Of a stretch of DNA of 37,427 nucleotides, positions 27,001-35,998 are shown one piece after another. This DNA is from a virus. Its lineage: Duplodnaviria; Caudoviricetes. Location of the stretch: positions 1 to 37,427 of the IMG/VR virus record IMGVR_UViG_3300027653_000034; one strand, 5' to 3'. Both the position numbers and the translations under genes were made by a program. The number at the start of each line of letters is the position of its first letter. Within the stretch, counting starts at the first letter, position 1. The notes under the pieces are model-generated. The model was not told the origin of the DNA, did no database searches, and saw only the letters and a program-made list of their open reading frames with translations.

Positions 27001-27223
27001 GGGTGAGCCGGCCCCAGCTATGCCCAGCGTCGGGGCCGGCACGCTATCTGACCCAGCAGCGGATAAGCCCGCAATGGCACAAAACAACACTGTGCGTTTC
27101 ATTAACGTTGTGGACCCGGAGTTGCTTCGCGATTGGCAAGAGAGTGCCGAGGGCGAGCAAGTGTTTGTGAATATGTTGCGCAAAAACTCCTCGATGATTA
27201 AGCAGTTTTCGGGGGGCGGCTAA
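24071..27223 (+). CDS. Tail tape measure protein
   Basis: 1050 aa helical protein; LVLTGNAAG lambda-like motif; C-terminal ADGGLVTGPGTGTSDEIPAMLSNREFVV. Confidence 0.9.
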   Translation: MSNELNLALRIKTDLEAGRKDVEALAKSVERVGEAATSTSAGTSGMGNSVTQLINDMRAFEEANNGALRSMEDIAEQEERLDRLMTQGAITTKEYEEALANLDKAEASLVKEHQQHERALQNVMRTADRTAVEMEKLDSAADELERAFRDGRITVEQYNRAMEGIARRRVELQAMSGTMGRLGLQTRQARNQMITLGRSLQSGSFDRVAFDLLRLSQNADRSGQAFMRFVLPVAAVTAGVAAFTAVSVAAWREQRELSNTLVLTGNAAGLTEHEFAQLSRRIEQTTTATIAQSRELARGFAATGRMSSRVIEEFGRTAAIMQQLTRQSTDEIVADFSRMQDGVAEWVAKHNESMNFVTAEQYNYIRVLEEQGDTEAAMLAASEALQERYADQVTERIQGMESWWIRARKAASDYWQVTKDLTSFDSSPHLVLERNQMLLRARTQSVERAGRNPDDDPVVRQYRERIQKLEHELSSERLEAEIMAEIAREEAAAIAAQNRIRQLSIRADRERQMQAELDKLERDFAAATAVDTDDPDFSAENRQRLEDEIRKRFAEDDDQSSAAAENYVRSLERQADAAGKTAAEIRLLASLEQELSDEQRMRVNGALIMLQFEEERQQQMRDAQQLAGLEVQLLRAQGREAEAAALEMEQQYGELLERLESRSDDTGKELVENLINLGELSRQLSAAEQEIERTMSDLARREQSIDVQRQAGLISEYEARRQILELHRETARVLEQQRPLLEELAQQPGHVGESARAALQAMDAELQMLRSTVTLLEETLRGGLERGLATAIEGLAKGTMTLREAIHALATTVTDAVIQMAAQQLAQTITGSLFGGGNDGAELKEGAAAVAGSAAALATAGGTLVTGAAALEAAAASLMAANAGQSAAGASGSGGDSDWSWVTTAISLFAADGGLVTGPGTGTSDEIPAMLSNREFVVRNASVEQPGAESFLHDFNRRGMAALEDWAPVYHSTGGLAGEPAPAMPSVGAGTLSDPAADKPAMAQNNTVRFINVVDPELLRDWQESAEGEQVFVNMLRKNSSMIKQFSGGG

Positions 27224-28404
27224 TGATGCCTCTGTTGTGGACCGTTGGCCCGAACTGGGCCGCGCCGGTAGTGCAGCGCCTGGAGTGGTTAACCTCTGTT
27301 ATGCGCGCCACGGACGAAACCGAGCAGCGATTGGAGTTGCGTGACGGGGCGCGGCAAACGCTACGCTACGAAGCGCTGATTGGCAGTAACGCTGAGAGGC
27401 AGGCATTTGAACGTTTGTTGGTGCTGGGTCAGGGCCTGCTATACCAGCTGCCGGATTGGTTGCGCGGTATGCACATGACGCTGCCGGTTAGCGAGGGAGA
27501 TACTCTGCTCAGCGTGAATACCACCGCGAACAAACGGCTGTCATCGGGTGGCACGGTGGTGTTGATTCAGGGTTCACGCATCGGTACGGCGCTGGTTGAA
27601 AGCGTGGGCCCGACCTCGGTTATTCTCGCGGATTCGCCCGGTTTTTGGCCGGCGGGCACTCGCGTGTTTCCGACAGGCTTGGCTCAACTGAGCGCCCAAC
27701 TGCCGGTTAACTATTTGAGCGATTCGGTGGCCACGGTTGAGCTGCAATGGCGTTGGGATGATGAGTGGCTTGTTGAGCCGCTGGCCGAGACCGAGCATTA
27801 CCGGGGCCACCCTGTCTACCTGGGCCGTACCGACTGGGCCGATGGGCTGGCCGCGGATTTTGCGCGCAATTTGGCGGTGGTGGACAGCGAAACGGGCCGC
27901 GTGAGCGTGCGACCCTTGTCTGACGTGTCACGCTATGACCGCTCTCACCGATGGGTTTTGCACGGCGGCGCCGAAATTGCTGAGTTTCATGCGTGGCTGG
28001 CCGCTCGCCGGGGACGTATGAGCCCGTTCTGGTTGCCCTCACAGCAACGTGATTTTGATCTGCAAAACACCATCGGCCCGAACGATTCGTCATTTATTGT
28101 TGCGCATGCTGGGCACCGGGATATGTTTGAGCACATTGGCTACCGGGACATTGCCCTCATTACTCGCAGTGGCGCTGCGTACTACGGCCGCATTGTTGAT
28201 GTGGTGGCCATCGATGCCGGTACCGAGCTGGTCACCTTGAGCGAGCCTCTGGGTGTGAGTCTGGCGCCCAGCGACATTGTGACCATCAGCTATATGCGCC
28301 TGGCGCGCCTAGGGTCTGATACCGTTGAAATCGCCTACGACACCGACGCCGTTGCGACTGCCGCTGCGCGCATGGTTGGACTGAGGGATTCCGGCAATGA
28401 GTAG
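27223..28404 (+). CDS. Distal tail/structural protein
   Basis: PNWAAPVVQRLEWLT...EQR; GRMSPFWLPS; follows tape measure. Confidence 0.75.
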   Translation: MMPLLWTVGPNWAAPVVQRLEWLTSVMRATDETEQRLELRDGARQTLRYEALIGSNAERQAFERLLVLGQGLLYQLPDWLRGMHMTLPVSEGDTLLSVNTTANKRLSSGGTVVLIQGSRIGTALVESVGPTSVILADSPGFWPAGTRVFPTGLAQLSAQLPVNYLSDSVATVELQWRWDDEWLVEPLAETEHYRGHPVYLGRTDWADGLAADFARNLAVVDSETGRVSVRPLSDVSRYDRSHRWVLHGGAEIAEFHAWLAARRGRMSPFWLPSQQRDFDLQNTIGPNDSSFIVAHAGHRDMFEHIGYRDIALITRSGAAYYGRIVDVVAIDAGTELVTLSEPLGVSLAPSDIVTISYMRLARLGSDTVEIAYDTDAVATAAARMVGLRDSGNE

Positions 28405-29236
28405 CGTGGTTGAGCTGTACGAGTTTCGCGCCGGTGAGGATGAGGTGTGGCGCTACACCACGCGCGGGCATGACTTGCTTGCTAATGGCCACGTGTGGCA
28501 TTCCACTCCCATGGCTCGTGACGACCATCAAATAACCACCGAGGTCGCCCGCGACGGCATGCGCCTGCAGTTCCCGCTCGACCACCCGTTTGCCAGCCAG
28601 TGGCTGGGTTACGGGCCCGAGCAAACGGTGATACTGAACCTGTATCGTAAAACAGGTGATGACAGCTACGAACTGCAATTTAAGGGCCGGATCGCCGATA
28701 GCGAATCAAACCAGAATGAAATTTACCTGGTTGTTGAATCGCTACTGACGTCACTCAAGCAGGCTGGCCTGCCTGGGCGTATGCAAAAATTTTGCAGGCA
28801 TGTGCTGTACGGCCGTGGCTGCAAAATTGATCCACAAGCGTACGCCGTGCCCAGCAATATCACCGCGATTGATGCCCGTTTATTTACCGTCACTTGCCCT
28901 TCCGCAGCCGAGTTTGCCGATGGCTGGTTTACCGGGGGCATGATCACTATGCCGAGTGGGGCACTGCGCTACATTACTGAGCATGTGGGCGACCAAATCA
29001 CCTTGTGGCGACCCGCTCCGGAACTGGAAAACCTGCTGAGCGGCACTGGCGGCGTAACGTTTGGCTGGGGCAACAATTACGGCCACCACTACGGCGGCCC
29101 GGCGCTCACCACGCTGTACCCAGGCTGTGATGGAGCGTTGAGCACCTGCGACGAAAAATTTAACAACCTGGACAACAACGGCGCCTTTTACTGGCTGCCG
29201 CCGGTGAACCCTTACGGGGCGAATTCAGTTTTTTAA
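28397..29236 (+). CDS. BR0599-family tail tip/hub protein
   Basis: ELYEF...YTT; CRHVLYGRGC; GWFTGG; YPGCD...CDEKFNNLDNNG. Confidence 0.85.
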   Translation: MSSVVELYEFRAGEDEVWRYTTRGHDLLANGHVWHSTPMARDDHQITTEVARDGMRLQFPLDHPFASQWLGYGPEQTVILNLYRKTGDDSYELQFKGRIADSESNQNEIYLVVESLLTSLKQAGLPGRMQKFCRHVLYGRGCKIDPQAYAVPSNITAIDARLFTVTCPSAAEFADGWFTGGMITMPSGALRYITEHVGDQITLWRPAPELENLLSGTGGVTFGWGNNYGHHYGGPALTTLYPGCDGALSTCDEKFNNLDNNGAFYWLPPVNPYGANSVF

Positions 29237-29257
29237 TTTATTTGGGGGGGGGATGTT

Positions 29258-29476
29258 ATGGGTTGGTTTGCAGCTGTGCTTTTTGTGGTGTCGATGGTCA
29301 TCAGTTATGCCACGCGCCCGAAGCCGCAGCACGCCAAAGCGGCGGGGCTGGGGGATTTTCAGGCGCCGACAGCTGAGGATGGGCGCACCATTCCCGTGCT
29401 GTTTGGCACCCGGGATATGCCCGCACCCAACGTGGTGTGGTTCGGGGATCTGCGCTCTGTGCCCATTCGGAAATAG
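29258..29476 (+). CDS. Small tail assembly protein
   Basis: PTAEDGRTIPVLFGT...PNVVWFGD. Confidence 0.8.
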   Translation: MGWFAAVLFVVSMVISYATRPKPQHAKAAGLGDFQAPTAEDGRTIPVLFGTRDMPAPNVVWFGDLRSVPIRK

Positions 29477-29487
29477 GCTGTATAGAT

Positions 29488-29703
29488 ATGTGTGAGCAAA
29501 ATCAACTACTGGTAACCGTTCGGCACGCGCGCAAGGCTGGCTACTGCCTGCAGCCAGGCGTGCGCGTATTTTTGGCGCACCACGGGCTGGATTATCGGCA
29601 GTTTGTACGCGTCGGACTGCCCGCCGATGTGTTGCTGGCTACCGGCGATATCATGGCGCAGCGCGTAGTTGCCATCGCGCAGGAGGAGACCCATGGGCGG
29701 TAG
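29488..29703 (+). CDS. Small tail-associated protein
   Basis: VTVRHARKAGYC..GVR.F...GLD...F...G.PA..LLATGD; ATG 29488. Confidence 0.75.
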   Translation: MCEQNQLLVTVRHARKAGYCLQPGVRVFLAHHGLDYRQFVRVGLPADVLLATGDIMAQRVVAIAQEETHGR

Positions 29704-32700
29704 CAGTAAAACGACCGTTGGCCACAAGTACCACATGGGGCAACACCAGGTGTTAGTGCACGGCCCCATCGACAACATTAGCCGGTTGATGGTCGGGGAT
29801 CGCGTTGCCTGGCGCGGGCGCACCCGTGGCGGCACCATCTCGATTAGCGCAGATAGCCTGTTTGGTGGCGACGATGGCGAAGGCGGTGTGTCGGGTAATG
29901 TAGACATACTAATGGGCGGGCCTACTCAGGCGCGCAATGGGTATTTGCAGTCGGTTATCGATTCAAAAATTCCCGCCTTTCGCGGCGTGGTCAGCGCGAT
30001 CCTGAGGCAGGTTTATGTGGGCAACAGCCCGTATTTGAAAAACTGGAACTGGCGCGGGACGCGCACAGATGTAACCACTGAAGGCGATGTGCAGTGGTTT
30101 CAGCCTCTCGCTGCCATCCCCCGCCCAGGGGATTTTGATCAGCCCCAGGCCATTTATATTGCGCTCGATGCCAGTGGCAGTATGGACCGACCTGGTGGTA
30201 CTTCCCGGTTAGAGCAGTTTGCTAACGGTATGACGCGCTGGGAAAACGCGCTGGAGTCAGTTACGCGAACACTGGATTACATTGGTACGTCGCTGACCGC
30301 CTATCGCGTTGATGTGATGGTTGTCGTGTGGGCGAATACGCGCCAATCCATTATGCGCCGGTCAGCCACGCCCGCGGGCATTAACGACATTAAAGGCTGG
30401 TTATTGAGCCGCTCGGTGGGCGGGGGCACTGACTTTCGACAAGCGGTAAACGATGCGCCGAGTTTTTTTTCGGGAGCGCCAGACGATGCTCGAAAGTCTT
30501 TGTTCTTCATCACGGATGGCTTGCCTGAAGTTACCGGCATGTCGCCAGCGCAAAACGCCCAGTCGGCGGGCAGCACCGTGCACGGGGGCGACATTGATGT
30601 GTACGGTATTAATGTGGACCTGGACGATACTCAGTACACCGCGATGGTCTCCAATACGCCCAACTATGGCGTACCGGTTATTACCGGCGGCAACCCGGAG
30701 CATATGGTCAAAATCCTGATGGATATTCTGGATGCTCAAATCGATGCAAACCCGGCGCACATTGTCCGCGAATCGCTAACAAACCCAGTGTGGGGGTTGG
30801 GCCACCCCGAGTTTGATATAGATGACGATTCGTTTATGGCCGCAGCACAAACTCTGGCCGACGAAGGCATGGGTATGAGTTTGCTATGGGACGGCCAAAA
30901 GCCGGTTGAGGAATTTATTGATGACATTATGCAGCACATTGATGCTGCGCTGTACATTGGTAACGACGGCCGGTTCGTGCTGCGGTTGATTCGTGATGAT
31001 TACGATATTGCCCAATTGCCTGTATTTGACCGAAGCAATGTTGTTAGTGTTGACCGCGCCGCTCGCACACCCACATCGGAGCTGGTTAACTCCGTTACCG
31101 TGGTGTACTGGGACGCGCACACCGGCAATAACGCCAGCCTGACCGTGAGCGACCCGGCGATGGTGCAAATGCAAGGCCGCCTGATAAGCACCACCGTTCA
31201 GTACCCGGGTTTTACTCACGAGAGTATTGCTTCTCGTGTCGCTGCGCGCGATTTGCGTGCACTCTCCAGCAGCATGTTCAGCTGCGACCTAGTCGTTAAC
31301 CGCGATGCCCAGTCATTGCGCCCCGGTGACCCATTCATACTCCACCGCCCTGATGTGGGCGCTAATCAGTTGGTAATGCGCGTAGCCCAAATCAACTATG
31401 GCAATGGCCGCGCAAACGAAATCCGCATGACGGTTACCCAGGATGCATTTGCACTGCCCAGCGGCTCACCACTGGCCCGCTCACCCGACACGCAGTGGCG
31501 TGACCCGCGCGTACCGCCAGCACCTTCACCGGCCTCGACCGCGTTCGAGCTGCCCTATTATTTTTTGGTGCAGCAACAAGGTCATGCAGTGGTGGATGCT
31601 GCGCTGCAGGTTGATCCTCTGGCGGGCTGGCTGGGCGTGGCGGCTGCGCGCCCCAGTAGCAATGCAATTTCTGCCCGCGTCGCCATCGACGTGGGAACAG
31701 GATTTGATGATTCTGTACTGCTCGATTTTTGCCCCATGGCCGTGCTGGATGAACCGCTCGGGCGCCTGGATACAGAGTTCGCTTTCACCGGCGGCGTGGA
31801 CTTGGATTTACTCACCCTCGGAACTGTGTGTCAGATAGGCAATGAGTTGTGTGCGATCACCGCGATTGATCTTGAGCAGCGCACCGGCACTCTCACTCGC
31901 GCGGTATTGGATTCGGTGCCGGACGAGCATGAACAAGGCGCAACCATACTATTTTGGGGTGACCTGGTTGGCGTGGATGAGCAGGAGTTTGTTGAGACTG
32001 ATGAGCTGGATGTGCGTGTTATGCCAATTACCGGCAGTGGTCAGCTCGACCTCACTGCAGCGCCCTCACTGCCTGTAGTAATGGATTCAAGGGCGGTCCG
32101 CCCATACCCGCCCGGCAACATCCGCCTGAACGGAGAATACTTCCCGTCATCAATAACGGGCGAGATCACCGTTGAGTGGAGCACGCGGAACCGGCAGCAA
32201 CAAACCGGTGGCGAGCTGATTGGATTTGCCGGGGGCGACGTAACTCCGGAGGACGGCACAACGTATGTCGTAACTGTGCGCAATCGCATAACCCAAGCAC
32301 TCGTGCACGAAGACCAGGATGCGCAAAGCCCACACGTAATTACTGTTGGGGAGCTGGTTGACGGCAATGCTGCGCCCGAGCTGGACGTATTCATATCGGC
32401 CCGCAGGGATGGGCACGACAGCTTTTTTGCGCAGCACGTACCGGTTGAGTGGGATTATTTTACGTTCGAAGTCTTCACCGAGAGCGGAAACTTTGTTGTA
32501 CCTGAGGGTGTGACTGAGGTGGATGTGTTGGTGGTGGCGGGTGGTGGCGGAGGCGCGGCAACTACATTCGGCGCCTCAAATATCGTCGGCCGCGGCGGCG
32601 GCGGATCTGGAGGAGTGGTTGTTGCAACTGCCGTGAACGTTACATCAGGTGCATCAATTCCGGTAACTGTCGGGGATGGCGGCGGCGGAGGGGTGGCGGA

Positions 32701-33316
32701 CAACCCTCAGACCGACAGTTTAAACAGGGCGCGGAGCGGCAAGAACTCATCGTTCGGCGATTTGGTTCAGGCGCTTGGCGGCGGTGCCGGTGGGCCGGCG
32801 CTAGATGCCGAGGGTTCTGATGCGGCGGACGGCGGGTCTGGGGGTGGAGCTGGTTTTCGAGATGCCGCTCCGGGAATCGGCGCGCCTGGCCAGGGCCATC
32901 GTGGCGGTCGTCGCGTTTCAGGGGGAACCTTAAACGCGGGGCTCGGGGGAGGTGGCGCAAGTGAGCCTGGAGAGGATTACTCCGGGATCGGGCCGAATAA
33001 TGGCACCAGAGGCGGTGACGGAATAGCGCTCGCGTCTATAGGCTTTTATGGCGCGACTGAAGTTGGTGCTCCTGATGAAGTTGGCGGTGGCGGCGCCGGG
33101 GGTGCATATACGGGTGGCGCGCCAGGGGATGGCGGGATTGGGGGTGGCGGAATCGGCGGGGAGCCGAACTATAGTCCGGGAGGTGACGGCGCACCCAATA
33201 CTGGTGGCGGTGGCGGCGGGTCTGGTGGCGGTAGTGGTACTCAATCCAGCGAGGGGAAAAAGGGCGGCAATGGCGGCTCCGGCATTGTAATAGTGCGGTA
33301 TCGCACACCCGAATAA
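29693..33316 (+). CDS. Central tail tip protein with inserted vWA domain and C-terminal Gly-rich domain
   Basis: MGGSSK..TVG..Y start with AGGAGG RBS; NPAHIVRESLT; RAVRPYPP; DASGS MIDAS motif; VDVLVVAGGGGG...GGSGIVIVRY. Confidence 0.88.
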   Translation: MGGSSKTTVGHKYHMGQHQVLVHGPIDNISRLMVGDRVAWRGRTRGGTISISADSLFGGDDGEGGVSGNVDILMGGPTQARNGYLQSVIDSKIPAFRGVVSAILRQVYVGNSPYLKNWNWRGTRTDVTTEGDVQWFQPLAAIPRPGDFDQPQAIYIALDASGSMDRPGGTSRLEQFANGMTRWENALESVTRTLDYIGTSLTAYRVDVMVVVWANTRQSIMRRSATPAGINDIKGWLLSRSVGGGTDFRQAVNDAPSFFSGAPDDARKSLFFITDGLPEVTGMSPAQNAQSAGSTVHGGDIDVYGINVDLDDTQYTAMVSNTPNYGVPVITGGNPEHMVKILMDILDAQIDANPAHIVRESLTNPVWGLGHPEFDIDDDSFMAAAQTLADEGMGMSLLWDGQKPVEEFIDDIMQHIDAALYIGNDGRFVLRLIRDDYDIAQLPVFDRSNVVSVDRAARTPTSELVNSVTVVYWDAHTGNNASLTVSDPAMVQMQGRLISTTVQYPGFTHESIASRVAARDLRALSSSMFSCDLVVNRDAQSLRPGDPFILHRPDVGANQLVMRVAQINYGNGRANEIRMTVTQDAFALPSGSPLARSPDTQWRDPRVPPAPSPASTAFELPYYFLVQQQGHAVVDAALQVDPLAGWLGVAAARPSSNAISARVAIDVGTGFDDSVLLDFCPMAVLDEPLGRLDTEFAFTGGVDLDLLTLGTVCQIGNELCAITAIDLEQRTGTLTRAVLDSVPDEHEQGATILFWGDLVGVDEQEFVETDELDVRVMPITGSGQLDLTAAPSLPVVMDSRAVRPYPPGNIRLNGEYFPSSITGEITVEWSTRNRQQQTGGELIGFAGGDVTPEDGTTYVVTVRNRITQALVHEDQDAQSPHVITVGELVDGNAAPELDVFISARRDGHDSFFAQHVPVEWDYFTFEVFTESGNFVVPEGVTEVDVLVVAGGGGGAATTFGASNIVGRGGGGSGGVVVATAVNVTSGASIPVTVGDGGGGGVADNPQTDSLNRARSGKNSSFGDLVQALGGGAGGPALDAEGSDAADGGSGGGAGFRDAAPGIGAPGQGHRGGRRVSGGTLNAGLGGGGASEPGEDYSGIGPNNGTRGGDGIALASIGFYGATEVGAPDEVGGGGAGGAYTGGAPGDGGIGGGGIGGEPNYSPGGDGAPNTGGGGGGSGGGSGTQSSEGKKGGNGGSGIVIVRYRTPE

Positions 33317-33336
33317 ACATTTATCTGGAGGAAAGC

Positions 33337-34230
33337 ATGACAAGCAGACTGCTTACAAACCTCGGCCTGGAGTTCGACTGGGATCTGGGCGCCGATGGCT
33401 GGAAGTCAGGAATGGACAGAAACCTATTGCTGCTCGACACGCTCGCGCAGCCTCGAGCGATAGATGTGGGCCGCAACGCCCCGCCAGGAGCTCCTGAGTC
33501 GGGCGATACATACGTTGTCGGCGCGTCCCCGTCGGGCGCTTGGTCGGGAGGCGCCTGGAGCATAGCTGTATATGATGCCGACGAGTGGGTGCAGATTACT
33601 CCACGCGAGGGCTGGCAGATTAAAAGCCTGAGCGATGGTTTGTTATACGAATTCAACGGAAGTGAGTGGGCAGAAGTCAGGTTGGGCGGGCCGCTTGCCA
33701 ATCTAACAGCCGCAGCCCCACCGACGATTGATGATGACGAAACGCAGGGGTATGAGCCTCTGAGTGTGTGGATCGATATCAGCAATGGCGAATACTACAA
33801 GTGCTTGGACGCTACAGCCGGGGCAGCAGTATGGGTAAAGTCATCGCTTACGATTGACGAGTTGGGGGCTCTGGCCCTGGCTAATGATGCCAGCGGCGTG
33901 CCTTACTCCGGCTCGGCCCCAGGCTCTGATGTAGCCGCCGCGCTGAATGCCTTGCACGCCCAGACGGCGGAGCAGCCGGTCATTCGGCAGGGCGCCGTCA
34001 CTATCTCGCCCTCCAGCGACACCTGGCAGCGCACCGACTTTGAAAACGTCTCGCTCTCGCCCGCACTGCCTGACGGCAATTATCGGGTGCTTTTTGAATA
34101 CCCGAACGATGCGGCGGCACAATCCATCGGCAATTTCATCGCGTACGACAAGGCCGGAAACGGCTTTAAAGTGCGGGCAACCGGCAGCGCAGGAGGTACC
34201 GTTTTATGGTCAGCCATTCAATTACCGTAG
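33337..34230 (+). CDS. Tail-fibre-like protein with DUF2793-like domain
   Basis: NLGL...GWKSGMDRNL; PPGAPESGDTYVVGASPSGAW...W...PREGW. Confidence 0.75.
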   Translation: MTSRLLTNLGLEFDWDLGADGWKSGMDRNLLLLDTLAQPRAIDVGRNAPPGAPESGDTYVVGASPSGAWSGGAWSIAVYDADEWVQITPREGWQIKSLSDGLLYEFNGSEWAEVRLGGPLANLTAAAPPTIDDDETQGYEPLSVWIDISNGEYYKCLDATAGAAVWVKSSLTIDELGALALANDASGVPYSGSAPGSDVAAALNALHAQTAEQPVIRQGAVTISPSSDTWQRTDFENVSLSPALPDGNYRVLFEYPNDAAAQSIGNFIAYDKAGNGFKVRATGSAGGTVLWSAIQLP

Positions 34231-34520
34231 CAGAGTTGGGCGAGGGGCCGCACTGGGAATTTGACGTTGACGGCAACAGCGTTTCCGTCGGCGGCAACAG
34301 CGTTGACCTGGATGAGCTGCAGCAGGACCAGCCCAGTCATTACGATTTTATGTGCAGCATCACCGGCCGGTACCAGGCCACGGTTATTCTGCCACCGGCG
34401 GACTATCTGCCCACATTCGATGAGGAGGATGAGCATGAGCCGGTGCGATTGCCCATTGATTTATCCCGCGTTGAGATTCGCCTGTACCCCTGGTTTGATT
34501 GCGAGGAGGAGCCCGCATGA
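34206..34520 (+). CDS. Small acidic protein upstream of the DGR target
   Basis: GGAGGT RBS; overlaps both neighbours. Confidence 0.7.
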   Translation: MVSHSITVAELGEGPHWEFDVDGNSVSVGGNSVDLDELQQDQPSHYDFMCSITGRYQATVILPPADYLPTFDEEDEHEPVRLPIDLSRVEIRLYPWFDCEEEPA

Positions 34521-35452
34521 GCTTTCTAATTTCCGTTCCCGACGCGCTGCGCCAAAGTGTTGAAGCCGCCACCGGCGGCAAGCAAACGGTGCTATACGAC
34601 GAACACGGCCTGCCCAGCTATATGTATGTGCTGCCCAAGTTTCGCTATGAGGATATCGGTTTTGATGCTGAGTTGGGCACCGGCGTGTGCACTGCATTTT
34701 TGGTCGATGGCGTAGAGGTTGACCAGATATTCCTGGGTGTTTATCAGGCCAGTAATCTCGGAGGTCGCGCATGCTCTCTGCCAGGCCGTGAAGTGTGGCG
34801 ATCAATTAATTGGGATAACGCCCGTGCCGCTTGCACGAGCAAGGGTGCCGGCTGGGACATGATGACCGTGCACGACTGGGCTGCGGTTGCAGTTTGGTGC
34901 GCAGCCAACGGCTACGAGCCAGGTGGCAACACGAATTACGGCCGCTACCATGCCGACCATTCCCAGTTTGGCCGCCTAGTCACCGGCGGCTATCCCGGCG
35001 TAGATGATGGGGTGGCGAACATCCTGGCCGGTACGGGTCCGGATGCCTGGCGGCATGACGGCAGCGCAACTGGCATATCCGACCTGGTAGGCAATGTGTG
35101 GGAATGGTTGTGGGGCGCAAAAACGGTGGATGGACGCCTTTATGCGGCAACTGATAACGACCTGGGCGTGGCTGAGAGTAGCTGGGCGGATACCGGTGTA
35201 GATATTGTCGAGGCTAACCCCTGGACATCGAGCAGCGTCAATGGCACCCAGCTAACCGACCGGATGCTGTTTACATATCCGGGGATCGATCTGCAGGGCC
35301 GTCTGTACATTAACACTGACGGTGAACGTTTCCCGTTCCGTGGTGGCAGCCGCAACCTTGGTGGCGGTGCCGGGCTCGCCGCGCTGAACTTGGCCGACGC
35401 GCGGTCGAACTCGTACACGGGCATCGGTTTCCGTCCCCGCTTTGTAATCTGA
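34517..35452 (+). CDS. DGR target protein (Mtd-like, FGE-sulfatase/C-type lectin fold), probable receptor-binding protein
   Basis: GISDLVGNVWEW motif; C-terminal RGG...GFRP carries the VR; ATG 34517 with GGAGG RBS. Confidence 0.9.
   Translation: MSFLISVPDALRQSVEAATGGKQTVLYDEHGLPSYMYVLPKFRYEDIGFDAELGTGVCTAFLVDGVEVDQIFLGVYQASNLGGRACSLPGREVWRSINWDNARAACTSKGAGWDMMTVHDWAAVAVWCAANGYEPGGNTNYGRYHADHSQFGRLVTGGYPGVDDGVANILAGTGPDAWRHDGSATGISDLVGNVWEWLWGAKTVDGRLYAATDNDLGVAESSWADTGVDIVEANPWTSSSVNGTQLTDRMLFTYPGIDLQGRLYINTDGERFPFRGGSRNLGGGAGLAALNLADARSNSYTGIGFRPRFVI
35328..35441 (+). repeat. DGR variable repeat (VR)
   Basis: 114 bp, ungapped match to TR (offset 557) with 12 mismatches, all opposite TR adenines. 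Confidence 0.95.
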
Positions 35453-35474
35453 GTTCTGCCGCCTGTTGTCTGCT

Positions 35475-35496
35475 GGGGTGCACGATAGTGCGCCCC
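35475..35496 (+). promoter_or_regulatory. DGR target-recognition hairpin/cruciform downstream of IMH
   Basis: GGGGTGCAC-GATA-GTGCGCCCC; GC-rich stem with GRNA-type 4-nt loop. Confidence 0.8.
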
Positions 35497-35515
35497 TTAA
35501 TAAAAGGAGAAGCCA

Positions 35516-35860
35516 GTGCAGGATTTGAAAATCGCACAGAAAGTAGAGGATATGATCAAAGAGCGCTATCAGTCGTTGCGGCAGTTTCCTAAATCTGAGC
35601 GCCACGTCGCCAGCGCTCAGATACGGGAGGCGATGTGGGAACTGTTGGAGTTGGTGATTATCTGCAGCAAGCGGTACCACAAAAAAACATCTTTGCAGGA
35701 TTTAGATATAAAGATAGCGCTGCTGCGCCGGCAGATTCGCCTGGCGATGCAGCTAAAATTTTTGCCCATGCGTCAGTATGAGAATTGGGCAAAAGAGCTG
35801 GACGAAATAGGCCGCATGACGGGCGGGTGGATAAAGTCCGAGCGTCGCGTAGCCCGCTAG
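35516..35860 (+). CDS. avd: Accessory variability determinant Avd
   Basis: 114 aa basic helical protein; QFPKSERH...KKTSLQDLD...EIGRMTGGW; located between VR and TR. Confidence 0.92.
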   Translation: MQDLKIAQKVEDMIKERYQSLRQFPKSERHVASAQIREAMWELLELVIICSKRYHKKTSLQDLDIKIALLRRQIRLAMQLKFLPMRQYENWAKELDEIGRMTGGWIKSERRVAR

Positions 35861-35884
35861 TCCAGCAAAGGGGGTGTTGCTGTA

Positions 35885-35998
35885 GTTTCCCGATCCGTGG
35901 TGGCAACCGCAACAATGGTGGCAATGCCGGGCTCGCCGCGCTGAACTTGAACAACGCGCGGTCGAACTCGAACACGAACATCGGTTTCCGTCCCCGCT
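35885..35998 (+). repeat. DGR template repeat (TR), part of the DGR template RNA
   Basis: 10 AAY codons plus ATC, ACG, ATC give 23 adenines; between avd and RT. Confidence 0.95.

Noticed and set aside
24143-27183. Numerous antisense ORFs within tape measure and other long genes
   Set aside because: Shadow ORFs typical of GC-rich coding DNA
29244-29252. G9 tract as phase-variation switch
   Set aside because: Intergenic and overlaps the RBS region; no evidence of length variation from a single sequence
30463-30470. T8 run in the tail tip gene as a frameshift site
   Set aside because: The reading frame is intact and no meaningful alternative product was evident
29693-34520. Possible second VR in other tail genes
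   Set aside because: No further TR-like sequence seen by eye; a local alignment would be needed to exclude a degenerate copy
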